A DNA stretch of 63,726 nt from Candidatus Kaiserbacteria bacterium (GTDB lineage: Bacteria > Patescibacteriota > Minisyncoccia > Phycocordibacterales > UBA918), in contig JAGQLY010000002.1 of the NCBI GenBank assembly GCA_020428905.1, positions 1 to 63,726 of the forward strand, given 5' to 3'. Both the position numbers and the translations under genes were made by a program. Each line of letters starts with the position of its first letter. The stretch's first letter is position 1. Shown here in pieces: positions 9,021 through 19,608 of this stretch. The notes below the pieces were generated by a model, which saw nothing but the letters and a program-made list of their open reading frames with translations, did not search any database and was not told the DNA's origin.

Positions 9021-10040
9021 TTAAAACGGATTGCTGGCGCCACGAACCTCGAAGTGGAGGTGTGGTCCGGTTGACCGTCCGGTATTACCCACATATCCAA
9101 TAGTCTCTCCTTGCGATACCGAATCGCCTAACGCTACCGCTAGGGAGCTCATGTGCGCATAGAGCGTTTGGGTGCCATTTGCATGATGCACCACCACGTA
9201 GAGACCGTACCCACCGTTGTAGCCAGAACCTTTTGCGACGATCACATCGCCTGCCGCAGCCGCGCGTATTGGCGCTCCGACCGATGCACCAAGGTCAACC
9301 GCGTTATATCCGTGAATACCTTGGGTGCGGACCGATCCGGGAAGTGGGTTAATGTATCCGGCACTACCACTTCCTGTCGCTACCACGCGCTGTCCGCCGC
9401 CGGCACCACTTGTCTGTACCGTCGTGTGCATCGCACCGCCCGGAATAACCACCGTGTCGCCGACACTGATGTCATTGGCTGAAGCAAGTTGGTTATATGC
9501 AAGAATGTCTTCAACATCGCCATCGTACTTCTTTGCAATAGAAGAAACAGTGTCTCCCGCCTTCACCACATGCTGTACGCCAGTAATAGGAAGAATAATG
9601 AGCGTATCTCCTGGCTGAATAATTTCTGGGTCTCTAATATCGTTGGCCCACAGCACCGTCTTCGCACTCACGTCAAACATTTCTGCGATTTGAGAAAGTG
9701 TGTCGGCGGGGCGTACTACGTACAAACTAATCTCTCCTCCCGAGGTGCGCGACTTGGCATCTGTATCATTCGTATCAATATCACCACTTGGCACTAACGC
9801 ACCATCTTCAACTAAAACATCACCGCCCCCTGCCGCTGAATCACGATCAATTGCACGCGTTGCCTTAAGTAGCGCCACCGTCTGTGCCCCCGCAACTTGC
9901 GGCTGCGATACCGCAACAGCGGTCTCGTTTTGCAAAAAGAGGGAAGAAAAAACACCTGCGTGGACGGACACAGGAACAGCAACTATCAAAAAGAGCGGCA
10001 CGAACTCAAGAATGAGACGACTCGCTCGTTGGTATACCAT
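9021..10040 (-). CDS. Secreted LysM-repeat / M23 metallopeptidase
   Basis: Signal-anchor, two LysM-like repeats (DTLSQIAEMFDVSAKTVLWAN; DTVSSIAKKYDGDVEDILAYN), and an M23 core (LYAHMSS ... GNTGRSTGPHLHFEV). Confidence 0.9.
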   Translation of the reverse strand: MVYQRASRLILEFVPLFLIVAVPVSVHAGVFSSLFLQNETAVAVSQPQVAGAQTVALLKATRAIDRDSAAGGGDVLVEDGALVPSGDIDTNDTDAKSRTSGGEISLYVVRPADTLSQIAEMFDVSAKTVLWANDIRDPEIIQPGDTLIILPITGVQHVVKAGDTVSSIAKKYDGDVEDILAYNQLASANDISVGDTVVIPGGAMHTTVQTSGAGGGQRVVATGSGSAGYINPLPGSVRTQGIHGYNAVDLGASVGAPIRAAAAGDVIVAKGSGYNGGYGLYVVVHHANGTQTLYAHMSSLAVALGDSVSQGETIGYVGNTGRSTGPHLHFEVRGASNPF

Positions 10041-10409
10041 CCGACCCAGAGATACCGTATATGAGGGTTCGGAATCTTGATTACTTGGTTTAATACGCGT
10101 CTATTAGTGGCCTCGCCGCACTGCTGTCGCTACGGAAATAGTCCTCCCAAAACAAAAAAGCATACATGCTGCTCTTTTCATACCACGCTGGTATAAAACA
10201 ATGATACCGAAGCGGGTGCGGTCTGCAACCTTGCCAGATTTTGTTGTCCACAGTGTGCTGCGAATGTTATATCGGTGGCTTACCCACAGTCTTTTTTTGG
10301 TATTGACAGCGGTGTATATCAACGATGTAACGGTCTATCCCTCTGTGTTCTGGGGTTTCTCACTAGGCGCTTCTTCTGCTCCACGATATAGTGTGAGACA
10401 CACCGTTCT

Positions 10410-12371
10410 ATGGATCAACATTCGTATCTTGATGGACTTAATACCGAGCAGCGTGCCGCGGTAGAACATATCGAGGGACCGCTCTTGGTGCTTGCGGGAG
10501 CTGGCTCGGGGAAGACACGAGTGATCACCTATCGCATCATTCACCTCATAGAAAAAGGGGTTGCTCCACAGAATATCCTTGCTGTAACCTTCACCAACAA
10601 AGCCGCTGCCGAGATGCGTGAGCGGGTGCGTGAGCTTCTTGTACAGCACGCGCCTGCGGCGCGTGCTGTACAAGAAGCACTTCCTACCATTTCTACCTTC
10701 CACGCCCTTGGAGTACGCATGCTGCGCGAACAACATCATGCCCTCGGCCTCAAGAAACACTTCTCAATTTTTGATAAAAGTGACTCGTCGCGAACGGTGA
10801 AGCGTGCCCTCGAGGCAGCGGGATACAGCCCCAAACAATTTGAGCCGCGTAAAATCCTATCTCTTATCAGTCGCGCAAAAGGTGGCGGCCTCTCTCAAAC
10901 AGAGTACGCGGGGGGCACTCGTTCATATGTCGAACGTGTTGCTGCTGAGGTCTGGAAGCACTACGAACAGGCCCTCCGCGCAGAAGACGCGCTCGATTTT
11001 GACGACCTGTTGCTTAAAACATTTGATATGTTGCGCAGCCGCCCGAACATACTGGCACAGTATCGGGAGCGCTTCGCCTACGTACATATTGATGAGTACC
11101 AGGACACCAACACTGTGCAGTACGACATCGCGCGCCTTCTCGCGGGAGAAAAGCAAAACCTCTGTGTCGTTGGTGATGTCGATCAAAACATCTACTCGTG
11201 GCGTGGCGCTGACATCAAGAACATTTTGCAGTTCGAACGACATTTCCCGGGGGCTAAAATTGTTCTTCTGGAAGAAAATTATCGTTCGACACAGACCATC
11301 ATCGCGGCCTCAAATGACATAATTGAGAAAAATGTGAACCGTCCGGCAAAAACCGTCTTCACCAAAAACCAAGAAGGGGAACCACTATCGCTCTATGCTG
11401 CACTTGGGGGACAGGAGGAAGCTGAGCATGTCGCGCTTACCGCAAAAGACCTTATGAGAAGTGGTGCGTCCGCCTCGGATATTGCGGTACTGTTTCGAAC
11501 AAACTTCCAATCGCGTGCGCTCGAGGAGGCGTTCATCAACTTTGGTGTACCGTATCAGGTTTTGGGAACCCGATTTTTTGAGCGGAAAGAGATTAAGGAT
11601 ACTATTTCTTTTTTGCGCCTTGCACTCAACCCCCAGAGTGTCTCAGACCTCGTACGTGTCGTAAATATGCCACCGCGCGGTATCGGGAAGGTGACTGTAC
11701 TGAAACTTGTCGAGGGAAAGCGTGAGCTCATCACTGGAAAGACTGCAGAGAAAGTGGCGGTCTTTGAATCCTTAATGCGTGACATTGGCGAGATTGCCGT
11801 GACCAAGACCCTGGCCGAGACATTGAAATTCATCCTCACACGGAGCGGCCTTGAAGAACATCTCCGCAAAGATGGTGGGGAGGGCCTTGAACGCCTTGAG
11901 AACATTCGGGAATTGGTGACGCTTGCCTCACGTTATGCTGAGTACGATCACGAAGAGGCGCTGGAACGATTTCTTGAGGATGTTGCACTTCAAAGTGACC
12001 AGGACGAACTCAAAAGTAAGGAAGATCAAGACGCAGTCCGTCTCATGACAGTGCACGCCGCCAAAGGGCTCGAGTTTCCGTATGTATTCATCACCGGCCT
12101 TGAGGAAGGACTCTTTCCACACGAACGATTATCCGACCCGTCCGCCGGTCCAGCTGGAGACGTCGACACTGAGGAAGAGCGCCGACTCTTTTACGTCGCA
12201 CTCACCAGAGCCAAGAAAAAAGTCTTTCTTTCATTTGCACACATGCGTACCATTTTTGGCAGTCAGCGAGTCAATGTTCCCTCTTCTTTCTTGGGAGATA
12301 TCAGTGGTGATCTCATCCAGCACAACAATCCCTCCGAATCCGGATATGAAACTGCCATTTACCTCGACTAG
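10410..12371 (+). CDS. pcrA: UvrD/PcrA/Rep-family ATP-dependent DNA helicase
   Basis: LNTEQRAAVEH..LLVLAGAGSGKTRVIT, DEYQDTN, VGDVDQNIYSWRGA, TVHAAKGLEF, EEERRLFYVALTRAK. Confidence 0.9.
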   Translation: MDQHSYLDGLNTEQRAAVEHIEGPLLVLAGAGSGKTRVITYRIIHLIEKGVAPQNILAVTFTNKAAAEMRERVRELLVQHAPAARAVQEALPTISTFHALGVRMLREQHHALGLKKHFSIFDKSDSSRTVKRALEAAGYSPKQFEPRKILSLISRAKGGGLSQTEYAGGTRSYVERVAAEVWKHYEQALRAEDALDFDDLLLKTFDMLRSRPNILAQYRERFAYVHIDEYQDTNTVQYDIARLLAGEKQNLCVVGDVDQNIYSWRGADIKNILQFERHFPGAKIVLLEENYRSTQTIIAASNDIIEKNVNRPAKTVFTKNQEGEPLSLYAALGGQEEAEHVALTAKDLMRSGASASDIAVLFRTNFQSRALEEAFINFGVPYQVLGTRFFERKEIKDTISFLRLALNPQSVSDLVRVVNMPPRGIGKVTVLKLVEGKRELITGKTAEKVAVFESLMRDIGEIAVTKTLAETLKFILTRSGLEEHLRKDGGEGLERLENIRELVTLASRYAEYDHEEALERFLEDVALQSDQDELKSKEDQDAVRLMTVHAAKGLEFPYVFITGLEEGLFPHERLSDPSAGPAGDVDTEEERRLFYVALTRAKKKVFLSFAHMRTIFGSQRVNVPSSFLGDISGDLIQHNNPSESGYETAIYLD

Positions 12372-12779
12372 CTTTTACATCCGACCATTTTATCCGCGCT
12401 ACCCCACGCACACTGTTCCTGTACAATGCCGACGCACTGTTCTCAGTATACAAACCTCTTCATGGTCTATAACAGACACATTCTTGATCTTGATACTTAA
12501 TTGATACTTAATTTCTATTTTGTATTTCCTGTGTCGTACCGTGGCATCACAAAGTCAGACCTATAGGTCTGACGTTATGGTGCCACCTTTTCTATTTTTT
12601 ACTGATACAGCTGATCGAGGGACGGACAGTGTAGCCGTTCAGTGCTGTGAGGTCCGGTGGGGTGGGGTACCTAGTAGTATGGTTGGTCGGTGGCGTGGTT
12701 GATCGTGCTGAACAGTACTTACGCATCACTGCAGAACCGCTGCGCGGCGCAGAAAAATGCTATATAGTATCTCTGTTGT

Positions 12780-13595
12780 ATGGAAGAACGAGGCCGTATA
12801 CAAGCAAAGAAGTCTTTGGGGCAACACTTTCTTAACAATCCCCGTGTACCCGGGCGGATGGCTGATGCTGTCTCTGTAACCGCAGGTGACGTGGTGGTGG
12901 AAATAGGACCCGGGACTGGTGTACTCACCCGAACACTCCTTGACCGTGGCGCAACCGTTATCGCCATTGAGGCAGACGCTCGAGCTATTTCTATACTTGA
13001 GGAAGCGTTCCCTGTAGAGTGCAAAAACAAACAACTAACACTTATCCACGGCGATATTACCGACTACAATATCACCACGCTTCCTATAGCCGATCATCAC
13101 TACAAGGTGGTAGCGAACATTCCGTACTACCTCTCAGGGCTTTTATTTCGGAAATTCCTCGAAACGACTGTTCAGCCCTCTGATTTGGTGTTTTTGGTAC
13201 AAAAGGAGGTCGCCGAGCGGATAGTGCACGATCCTAAAGAGTCTCTCCTTTCTCTTTCAGTAAAAGTCTACGGCGCGCCGCGGTATGTGGAGAAAGTGGG
13301 AAAGGGGAATTTTTCTCCCGCCCCCAAGGTGGACTCAGCCATCATTGCCATATCTCACATTTCTCGAGACGCTTTTGCGAGTCGTAATCTCTCCGAGGAG
13401 GTCTTTTTTGACCTCCTGCACGTTGGTTTTGCCGCGCGCCGCAAGCAACTCCTCGGCAATCTTGCCGCTCGTTTTGATAGAGCAGTACTTATCCAGATCT
13501 TTTCCACACTCGACTTACCCACCGACATTCGCGGAGAAGATGTCTCGCCAGAAGCATGGCTTGATCTCGTTCGCCTTCTCACCACGCCGAACTAG
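12780..13595 (+). CDS. rsmA: 16S rRNA dimethyladenosine transferase RsmA/KsgA
   Basis: LGQHFLNNPRV, VVEIGPGTGVLT, VANIPYYLS. Confidence 0.9.
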   Translation: MEERGRIQAKKSLGQHFLNNPRVPGRMADAVSVTAGDVVVEIGPGTGVLTRTLLDRGATVIAIEADARAISILEEAFPVECKNKQLTLIHGDITDYNITTLPIADHHYKVVANIPYYLSGLLFRKFLETTVQPSDLVFLVQKEVAERIVHDPKESLLSLSVKVYGAPRYVEKVGKGNFSPAPKVDSAIIAISHISRDAFASRNLSEEVFFDLLHVGFAARRKQLLGNLAARFDRAVLIQIFSTLDLPTDIRGEDVSPEAWLDLVRLLTTPN

Positions 13596-13744
13596 TCCTC
13601 ACGTTGTCACCACTCCATCCACACATTCGCCACATGTTTTGAACAGGGCTACCCACTTTATACGCATATGACTGTTATACTGAAGATGTGCGGTGCTTGC
13701 CCGTCGTGTAGAGTGGCTCGCCCTCGCACTAACAGACCTTTGTT

Positions 13745-14644
13745 GTGAAAGGGACCTTTAGTATAGGGGTAACAGCGTGTATGGCCGTACTTATTATCGG
13801 CGGAGCTTTTTATGTGAGTCGCAAATCCACCGAACATCTTACAGGGGTAGGCAGCAACACCACCCTAGTTTCGATTAAAAATGTTCCCTATACGGGCGAG
13901 CTTGATGCAAATGGCAACGGTACTCCTGACTGGGAAGAAGAGCTTTCAAAAAATGTCTTCGAAAAAATCGCCACCCCGGAGGAGTTAGTGAGTACCAGCA
14001 CCACCGACACCAGTTCACTTACCTATACCGACCGTTTCGCACGTTCGTTCTTTGAAGATTATTTCAATACCCAAACCGGAAACGCCATTCCACAGACGCA
14101 GGAGGAGTTTGTAAATCGGGCAGTAACAACGGTGGAGCGCGAGACTTCTGCACTTCGGTACACCCGCGCCGATGTGATAACGACCGACGACTCAGACGTA
14201 GCGATTCGTGCTTATGGAAACGCGGTGGGGGAGATTGTTCTCCGCAATTCCGCGGGTGGCAGTGATCACGAGCTCTTGATACTGCAGCGCGCAATGGAAG
14301 AACGAAATGCAGCAGTGCTTACTGAACTTCTCCCAATCCAGGGTGCCTATGAGGGGCTCGTTGCAGACGCCCGCGCACTCCCTGCGCCAGTATCGCTTGC
14401 CAACCAACACCGCGACCTCATTAATGCATTCGAAGCTCTTCGTGCCGATATTACGGCCATGCAACTCATATTTGACGATCCGCTCTATGCCTATGCGCGC
14501 CTCAAGCGCTATGACGCAGACGCAACAAATCTCTACACCGCGTTCTATACACTCTACTCTGCACTGACGGCACGGGGAGTCGTTTATGCGAGCGATGAGC
14601 CGGCGTACTTTTTATACATTTTTGATACTCCCTATACACCATGA
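13745..14644 (+). CDS. Hypothetical membrane-anchored protein; first gene of the T4SS-like operon
   Basis: GTG start and an N-terminal TM helix (ACMAVLIIGGAFYV). The stop overlaps the next gene's ATG (ATGA). No family recognised. Confidence 0.6.
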   Translation: MKGTFSIGVTACMAVLIIGGAFYVSRKSTEHLTGVGSNTTLVSIKNVPYTGELDANGNGTPDWEEELSKNVFEKIATPEELVSTSTTDTSSLTYTDRFARSFFEDYFNTQTGNAIPQTQEEFVNRAVTTVERETSALRYTRADVITTDDSDVAIRAYGNAVGEIVLRNSAGGSDHELLILQRAMEERNAAVLTELLPIQGAYEGLVADARALPAPVSLANQHRDLINAFEALRADITAMQLIFDDPLYAYARLKRYDADATNLYTAFYTLYSALTARGVVYASDEPAYFLYIFDTPYTP

Positions 14645-16128
14645 TGCAGTACCTTCGTACAACTGTTCTCAAATCCCTTCTTGCTTCCTTTATGGTTCTT
14701 GCCATGGTCATGGTGGTGTACAGCCCTTCAGCGCCGACAACACGTCATGCACAAGCAAAGTATCCAGTAATTGATGTTACCAACCTGAGTCAAAACATCA
14801 TCACCGCCATACAGACCGCCGGCAGCTACATTCTCGACGTGGCGAGAAATGTCTGGGCGTATGCAGATTACATCAAAGAATACCTCCTTGACCTCCTCAA
14901 CTGGGGACTGGTGAATCTCATCCTGGAAAAAATGATCGCCAGTGTGACCGATTGGGTCAACTCGGGATTTAATGGTAGCCCAGCCTTCGTGACCGACCTC
15001 AAACAATTTTTGGTTGATATCGCCGACGAAGAGTTTGGTAGGTTTATCGACGAGGAGCTGGGGCTGGGGATTCTCTGTTCGCCGTTTTCTATTGATGTGC
15101 GCCTTGCGCTTGAGATTGGTTACCAAGAGACCTTCCGCGAGAAAGCACAGTGTACACTCTCGGGCGTTATCGACAACGTACAAGGGTTCTTCGACGGCGA
15201 CTTCGCCTCAGGCGGCTGGGATGGATGGTTTAATGTCGTCACCAAGCCGCAAAACAACCCCTATGGCATACTTCTCACCGCGCAGAGCGAGGCCTCTATC
15301 CGCATCAAGAACGCAGAAGGGCGTGAGGTAAAGCTGCTTGACTTTGGTAAAGGGTTCCTCTCATTCAAAGATGAAAATGGCCAAATATCCACCCCGGGTA
15401 CCGTCGTCGAGGGCGTTCTTGAGACCCACCTCGGCATCCCTCCGGGACGGCTCACGGTCGCAGACGAAATTGACGAGCTTGTGGGAGCGCTCCTTGGGCA
15501 GCTCGTGAACGCTGTCTTTGGTACCGGCGGACTCCGCGGACTCTCATCGTCCGGCTACACCAACCGGCTCTACAACGACACGGGCGAACTGCCGCCAAGC
15601 CTCGTTGAGGGTGGGAATCTTGCGACCCAAATTGAAGTAAGTGTCTCCGATGAGGAAAACTACCGCACAGAACTATACCAGCTTATTGCAGTCGTTGAGG
15701 AGGCAGAAGTAGAGCTTCAAGAGTGGATCGATGAACGATGCGACATTGAGATACCTGAGTACTTCACAGAACTCAAGACCGACGCTGAGACAACTATCGC
15801 CGAGATAGACACACTCCTCGTGCGGCTCAACGACATACTTGCGCGCACCACATCACCCGACTCCGATATAGCAAAGCAGGCCTTCCAAGAGTACGGCAAC
15901 ATGCTTGCCCGACGCGAACTGCACCAAGAAGCGGCTGGTTTTAACATCAAATTCACCAACGAGATCTTGCCGAAGATATATGAAATCGTGGGAGAAGCCG
16001 GAGCAAGAGCACAAGACCGCCTGTATGTGCCGGAGCCGCAGCAAATAAATCTTATTCCGTACTGTGAGTGTGTAGCGAGCAATCCGGACGATAACCAGTG
16101 GCAGTGTGAGGCAATTCGCGCACGCTAG
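14641..16128 (+). CDS. Hypothetical exported protein of the T4SS-like operon; N-terminus reminiscent of TrbJ/VirB5
   Basis: Signal/anchor, then KYPVIDVTNLSQNIITAIQTAGS followed by helical sequence. The family link is from my recollection of the motif only. Confidence 0.65.
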   Translation: MMQYLRTTVLKSLLASFMVLAMVMVVYSPSAPTTRHAQAKYPVIDVTNLSQNIITAIQTAGSYILDVARNVWAYADYIKEYLLDLLNWGLVNLILEKMIASVTDWVNSGFNGSPAFVTDLKQFLVDIADEEFGRFIDEELGLGILCSPFSIDVRLALEIGYQETFREKAQCTLSGVIDNVQGFFDGDFASGGWDGWFNVVTKPQNNPYGILLTAQSEASIRIKNAEGREVKLLDFGKGFLSFKDENGQISTPGTVVEGVLETHLGIPPGRLTVADEIDELVGALLGQLVNAVFGTGGLRGLSSSGYTNRLYNDTGELPPSLVEGGNLATQIEVSVSDEENYRTELYQLIAVVEEAEVELQEWIDERCDIEIPEYFTELKTDAETTIAEIDTLLVRLNDILARTTSPDSDIAKQAFQEYGNMLARRELHQEAAGFNIKFTNEILPKIYEIVGEAGARAQDRLYVPEPQQINLIPYCECVASNPDDNQWQCEAIRAR

Positions 16129-16193
16129 TCGAGCTCCGCACGGCCACACGCACCGTATACGGGCAGCCCCGCAACAACACAGGAAATAGCACC

Positions 16194-18410
16194 ATGAATC
16201 CATCACACACACAACCACACACTAAACCATTCCTTGCGAGGGTGTGTGCGGCTGTGTTTGTGTCGCTTGTATTTTTGGGAGCCGCCGCCATACCGCTTCA
16301 CGCAAAGGCAGAGCTTACCGCAAGCGATGTAATTGCTGGCGCGGCGACAGGACTGGGAGCAACCCCTGTAGGCATAGCCCTCAAAGTGTTGTCCGACGGA
16401 AGCGGTGGTGCACCATCCTTCTGGTCCGATCCTGTAACCTGGTTTGGGTACCGTCTACTCACTCTCGGCGCAGTCATTGCCGGGCTTGGGGGTCAGTTGC
16501 TTGATATCACAATCTCCAAACTCATCCTAGAAATGCATAGCTATGTGGGCGACTCGTCAAGCGGAGTTGGGGGAGCAATCATCCAGGGATGGACTATCGT
16601 GAGAGACATTGCAAACCTTCTCTTTATATTTGGTTTTGTGTACATCGGTATCATGACCATCTTTGATTATGAGAGCGCTCAAACCAAAAAAACACTAGCG
16701 TCTATCATTATCGGCGCCATCCTCATCAATTTCAGTCTCTTCTTCACAAAGGTAATCATTGATGCCTCAAATATTCTGGCTGTAGAACTCCACCAAAAGA
16801 TGACCAACGATTCATCGATAAACATTGGTGAACAGCTCGCCCAGTTTCTTGGTATCAGCACCCTGTACCAAACACCACAGGACACGAACAAAATGATCGA
16901 GTACGCCAAGCCAGACGGGTTTTGGTTTTATGTTGTCGGGATGATCTTTCTTATGATTGCGGGGTACGTGCTCGCAGCCGGCGGCATTCTTATAATCATT
17001 CGCTTTGTTGCACTGGTGTTACTCATGATACTCTCGCCACTTCTGTTTGCTGCCGGCGTGTTCTCATTCTCCAAAAACGCCGCGCAGGACTTGTGGGGAA
17101 AGTTGATCAGTTATTCCTTCTTTGCTCCAGCGTACATGTTCATGTTGTATGCCACCATCCTGGTACTCACCGGCCTTCAAACAAGTATGGGTATCAGCGC
17201 AACAAATAATCTCGGACAAACGATGGCGGGGCTTGGGGAAGCGAACAATGGTTACAGTCCAGTACTCAATCTGTTTCTTGCATCGGGCTTTATCATTGCA
17301 GCACTTGCCATCGCTAAAAAATTGAGCATATACGGTGGAGACAAGTCTGTCTCGATGCTCCGAAATGGGGCCAGTAGTACCGGGAAGTTCCTTCGTAATG
17401 CGACTCTTGGAAACGCCAACAAATTGCGTCGTTCACTACAAAGCTATGCGGGGCGTAACACTATCGGCCGTGCCTCGGAAGCTCTTACAAAGAAAATCGA
17501 CGCCTTCGTTGCAAGCAATACCAAGGAGGGAACCAAGCCTTTTAAACGCGGCCTCGCTGCTGTCGCAGGAAGCAGGACCGTTCGTGGCACTGTAGCAAGC
17601 GGACAAAATGCAAAATTTGGCGGTTCATACTCGCACGCTGACAACCAAGCGTACGAGCGAGACCAGCGTAGTCGCAGTGCACGCATTCGCGAACAACAGG
17701 ACTTCGAACAAGCACTCGCTACTCACTCTGCAGCAATTGCAAGCGGGGACGCCGCCGCCATACAGGCAGCGGAGCGAGAGGTGCAGCGCATGGCCGAAAA
17801 GGCGTCGGTCGCTATGCTCTCCGAGCTTTCTACCGAGCAACTTAAACAGGCTGCAGGATTTCTTTCTGATGCACAAATCGAGGGTGTAGCAAAGGCAGCG
17901 AGTAATGACGCTCAAACACGTGAGGTTAAGGAGGCTCGCAGCAAAAAGCTCCAAGAAATTTACCGGAACGACTCTAAAGCTCTTGGGAAAGCGAGCGTGG
18001 AGCATCTCGCTGCTCTTGGTAACGAATTTCTTAGGGCTAATGCGCAGCACTTGAATTCGAAGCAAATGGAGGGCTTGCAAGCAAGGCTACCGTCTGGTGA
18101 ATTTGGTGATCTTGATACAGAAAGAACCCGTCGACTTACCCGTGAAACTCGTGATTTCCTTCTGGACCGTAAGGAGTCGGAGGTGGCAAAACTTCCATTT
18201 GACGTCCTTAAAAAGCTTGGTGTCGGAGGCATCTCTACCGGCGTACTTTCTCAAATCGCCGCCGGCGGCAACCTTAATCAAAAACAACAAAAAGAACTCA
18301 AAGATATGGTCATGCGACATGTTCAGGCCACCGGCACCGCCGAAGAACAGCAACGTTACGACGACTGGTTCAAAACTGATCGTGTTGGCCAACATTTCGG
18401 AAGAGGCTAG
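16194..18410 (+). CDS. TrbL/VirB6-like polytopic membrane protein with a roughly 330-aa hydrophilic C-terminal tail
   Basis: Signal peptide, then at least six hydrophobic helices (e.g. IANLLFIFGFVYIGIMTIF, IIIRFVALVLLMILSPLLFAAGVF, FFAPAYMFMLYATILVLTGL). The tail is rich in Ala, Gln, Lys, Glu and Arg. Confidence 0.65.
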   Translation: MNPSHTQPHTKPFLARVCAAVFVSLVFLGAAAIPLHAKAELTASDVIAGAATGLGATPVGIALKVLSDGSGGAPSFWSDPVTWFGYRLLTLGAVIAGLGGQLLDITISKLILEMHSYVGDSSSGVGGAIIQGWTIVRDIANLLFIFGFVYIGIMTIFDYESAQTKKTLASIIIGAILINFSLFFTKVIIDASNILAVELHQKMTNDSSINIGEQLAQFLGISTLYQTPQDTNKMIEYAKPDGFWFYVVGMIFLMIAGYVLAAGGILIIIRFVALVLLMILSPLLFAAGVFSFSKNAAQDLWGKLISYSFFAPAYMFMLYATILVLTGLQTSMGISATNNLGQTMAGLGEANNGYSPVLNLFLASGFIIAALAIAKKLSIYGGDKSVSMLRNGASSTGKFLRNATLGNANKLRRSLQSYAGRNTIGRASEALTKKIDAFVASNTKEGTKPFKRGLAAVAGSRTVRGTVASGQNAKFGGSYSHADNQAYERDQRSRSARIREQQDFEQALATHSAAIASGDAAAIQAAEREVQRMAEKASVAMLSELSTEQLKQAAGFLSDAQIEGVAKAASNDAQTREVKEARSKKLQEIYRNDSKALGKASVEHLAALGNEFLRANAQHLNSKQMEGLQARLPSGEFGDLDTERTRRLTRETRDFLLDRKESEVAKLPFDVLKKLGVGGISTGVLSQIAAGGNLNQKQQKELKDMVMRHVQATGTAEEQQRYDDWFKTDRVGQHFGRG

Positions 18411-18438
18411 CTTGATATAAAATAGTTTATATTTGCAT

Positions 18439-19122
18439 ATGTATACTTTCGAAGAACGAATGGAGCGATACTTGCAGTTGGATCCCGCATTTCAACATCT
18501 TTATTCGTCTGTCGAAAGTGCCGCCTTTAATGCACGTCTCATTGAGATGTATGACATTCAGGACTTCGGCCCCTTCATCGACGCTATTGGAGACGTGATA
18601 CTCGGCTTTTATCGAAAAAGCGAGTTGTCAAAGCTGCTTACACAAACGGTTGGACTGTCAGAAGAGGTGGTTGCACGTATGTTGCCTGAGATCGACACCT
18701 TCCTCAGACCAATCCCCGGGACACTGTCGAAAATGGAGGTGTTGCAACAAGAACGGGGGTCGGAGAGTGTGGTGCGACAACCGCTCGAAGGAATTGCCAC
18801 TCCCGCGTATACACCACAGGCGGTCGAAGTTTCGCCTATACCCCCAACACCCCCCCCAGCCACCGCGCCACACACACCGACACCTGCCGCAAAAGAGGTG
18901 GTGGTGCCGCGTCAGCCAGCTGCCGCGCCGAAAGAACGACTCGCTTTTTGGCCGGACGGCACTCCCAAGCAGCCGCCACGTACGGTACCGCCGCCACAGT
19001 CGCCGAACACGGACACTGCCCGCCCACTCACCCGCAATGAACTTATGGCCTCGCTCTCTCCACGACGCACCATGGCAGAAGATGTTGCTCGCGCACAACA
19101 CACCACACAGCAAGACTCCTAG
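18439..19122 (+). CDS. Hypothetical protein with Pro-rich C-terminal half (T4SS-like operon)
   Basis: In-operon ORF. The ORF track opens at TTG 18433, and the first ATG is at 18439. PIPPTPPPATAPHTPTPAAKEVVVPRQPAAAP. No family recognised. Confidence 0.55.
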   Translation: MYTFEERMERYLQLDPAFQHLYSSVESAAFNARLIEMYDIQDFGPFIDAIGDVILGFYRKSELSKLLTQTVGLSEEVVARMLPEIDTFLRPIPGTLSKMEVLQQERGSESVVRQPLEGIATPAYTPQAVEVSPIPPTPPPATAPHTPTPAAKEVVVPRQPAAAPKERLAFWPDGTPKQPPRTVPPPQSPNTDTARPLTRNELMASLSPRRTMAEDVARAQHTTQQDS

Positions 19123-19182
19123 CCCGCACTAATCCGCACCATACGGGTTGGGATTCTCACATATGCGGTACAATAGAAGTGT

Positions 19183-19605
19183 ATGCGATTTGAAGTGCCG
19201 CAGTTCATTGATGTGGAGGACAAGATCTTCGGACCCTTCACTTGGAAGCAGTTCGTGTACCTCGCCGGAGGCGCAGGAGCCGCGGTAATGCTCTTTATCG
19301 TGCTCCCGTTTTTCTTTTTTCTTCTCATTGGCGGACCGATTATCGCGCTCGCGGTTTTCCTGGCATTTCATCAAGTAAATAACCGACCCTTTTCCGCCTT
19401 TCTGGAATCATTTGTACACTATACGACACGGAAGAAACTCTATCTTTGGAAACGTGCCGAGGTGCAGCGGGTGACAGGGGAGGAGCGCGTGGTGGTACCT
19501 GAACAATCATACCAACCGGAATCTATCCCGACCGGAACCGGCGGCATCACCGCACTTTCAAGTAAACTGGAGCTTAATACTCTCGAACCCGAAACACCCG
19601 AATAA
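19183..19605 (+). CDS. PrgI-family (VirB3-like) small membrane protein
   Basis: MRFEVPQFIDVEDKIFGPFTWKQFVYLAGGAGAAVMLFIVLPFFFFLL is the characteristic PrgI N-terminus followed by two TM helices. It lies directly upstream of the VirB4 module. Confidence 0.75.
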   Translation: MRFEVPQFIDVEDKIFGPFTWKQFVYLAGGAGAAVMLFIVLPFFFFLLIGGPIIALAVFLAFHQVNNRPFSAFLESFVHYTTRKKLYLWKRAEVQRVTGEERVVVPEQSYQPESIPTGTGGITALSSKLELNTLEPETPE

Positions 19606-19608
19606 TAT

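Noticed and set aside
12490-12511. TTGATACTTAA tandem as a CRISPR or minisatellite array
   Set aside because: There are only two adjacent copies with no spacers. No other repeat-spacer periodicity is visible anywhere in the window.
12630-12680. SRP-RNA-like string GUGCUGUGAGGUCCGGUGGGG
   Set aside because: It has AGGUCCGG but lacks the GNAR tetraloop plus GGAAGCAGC symmetric-loop motif, and the long pairing partner expected of 4.5S RNA is absent.
18650-19132. Overlapping 150-160-aa ORFs in other frames and on the opposite strand across the Pro-rich part of 18439-19122
   Set aside because: CCN/GCN-rich DNA is open in several frames. Only the chosen frame is continuous with the non-repetitive N-terminal half and fits the operon spacing.
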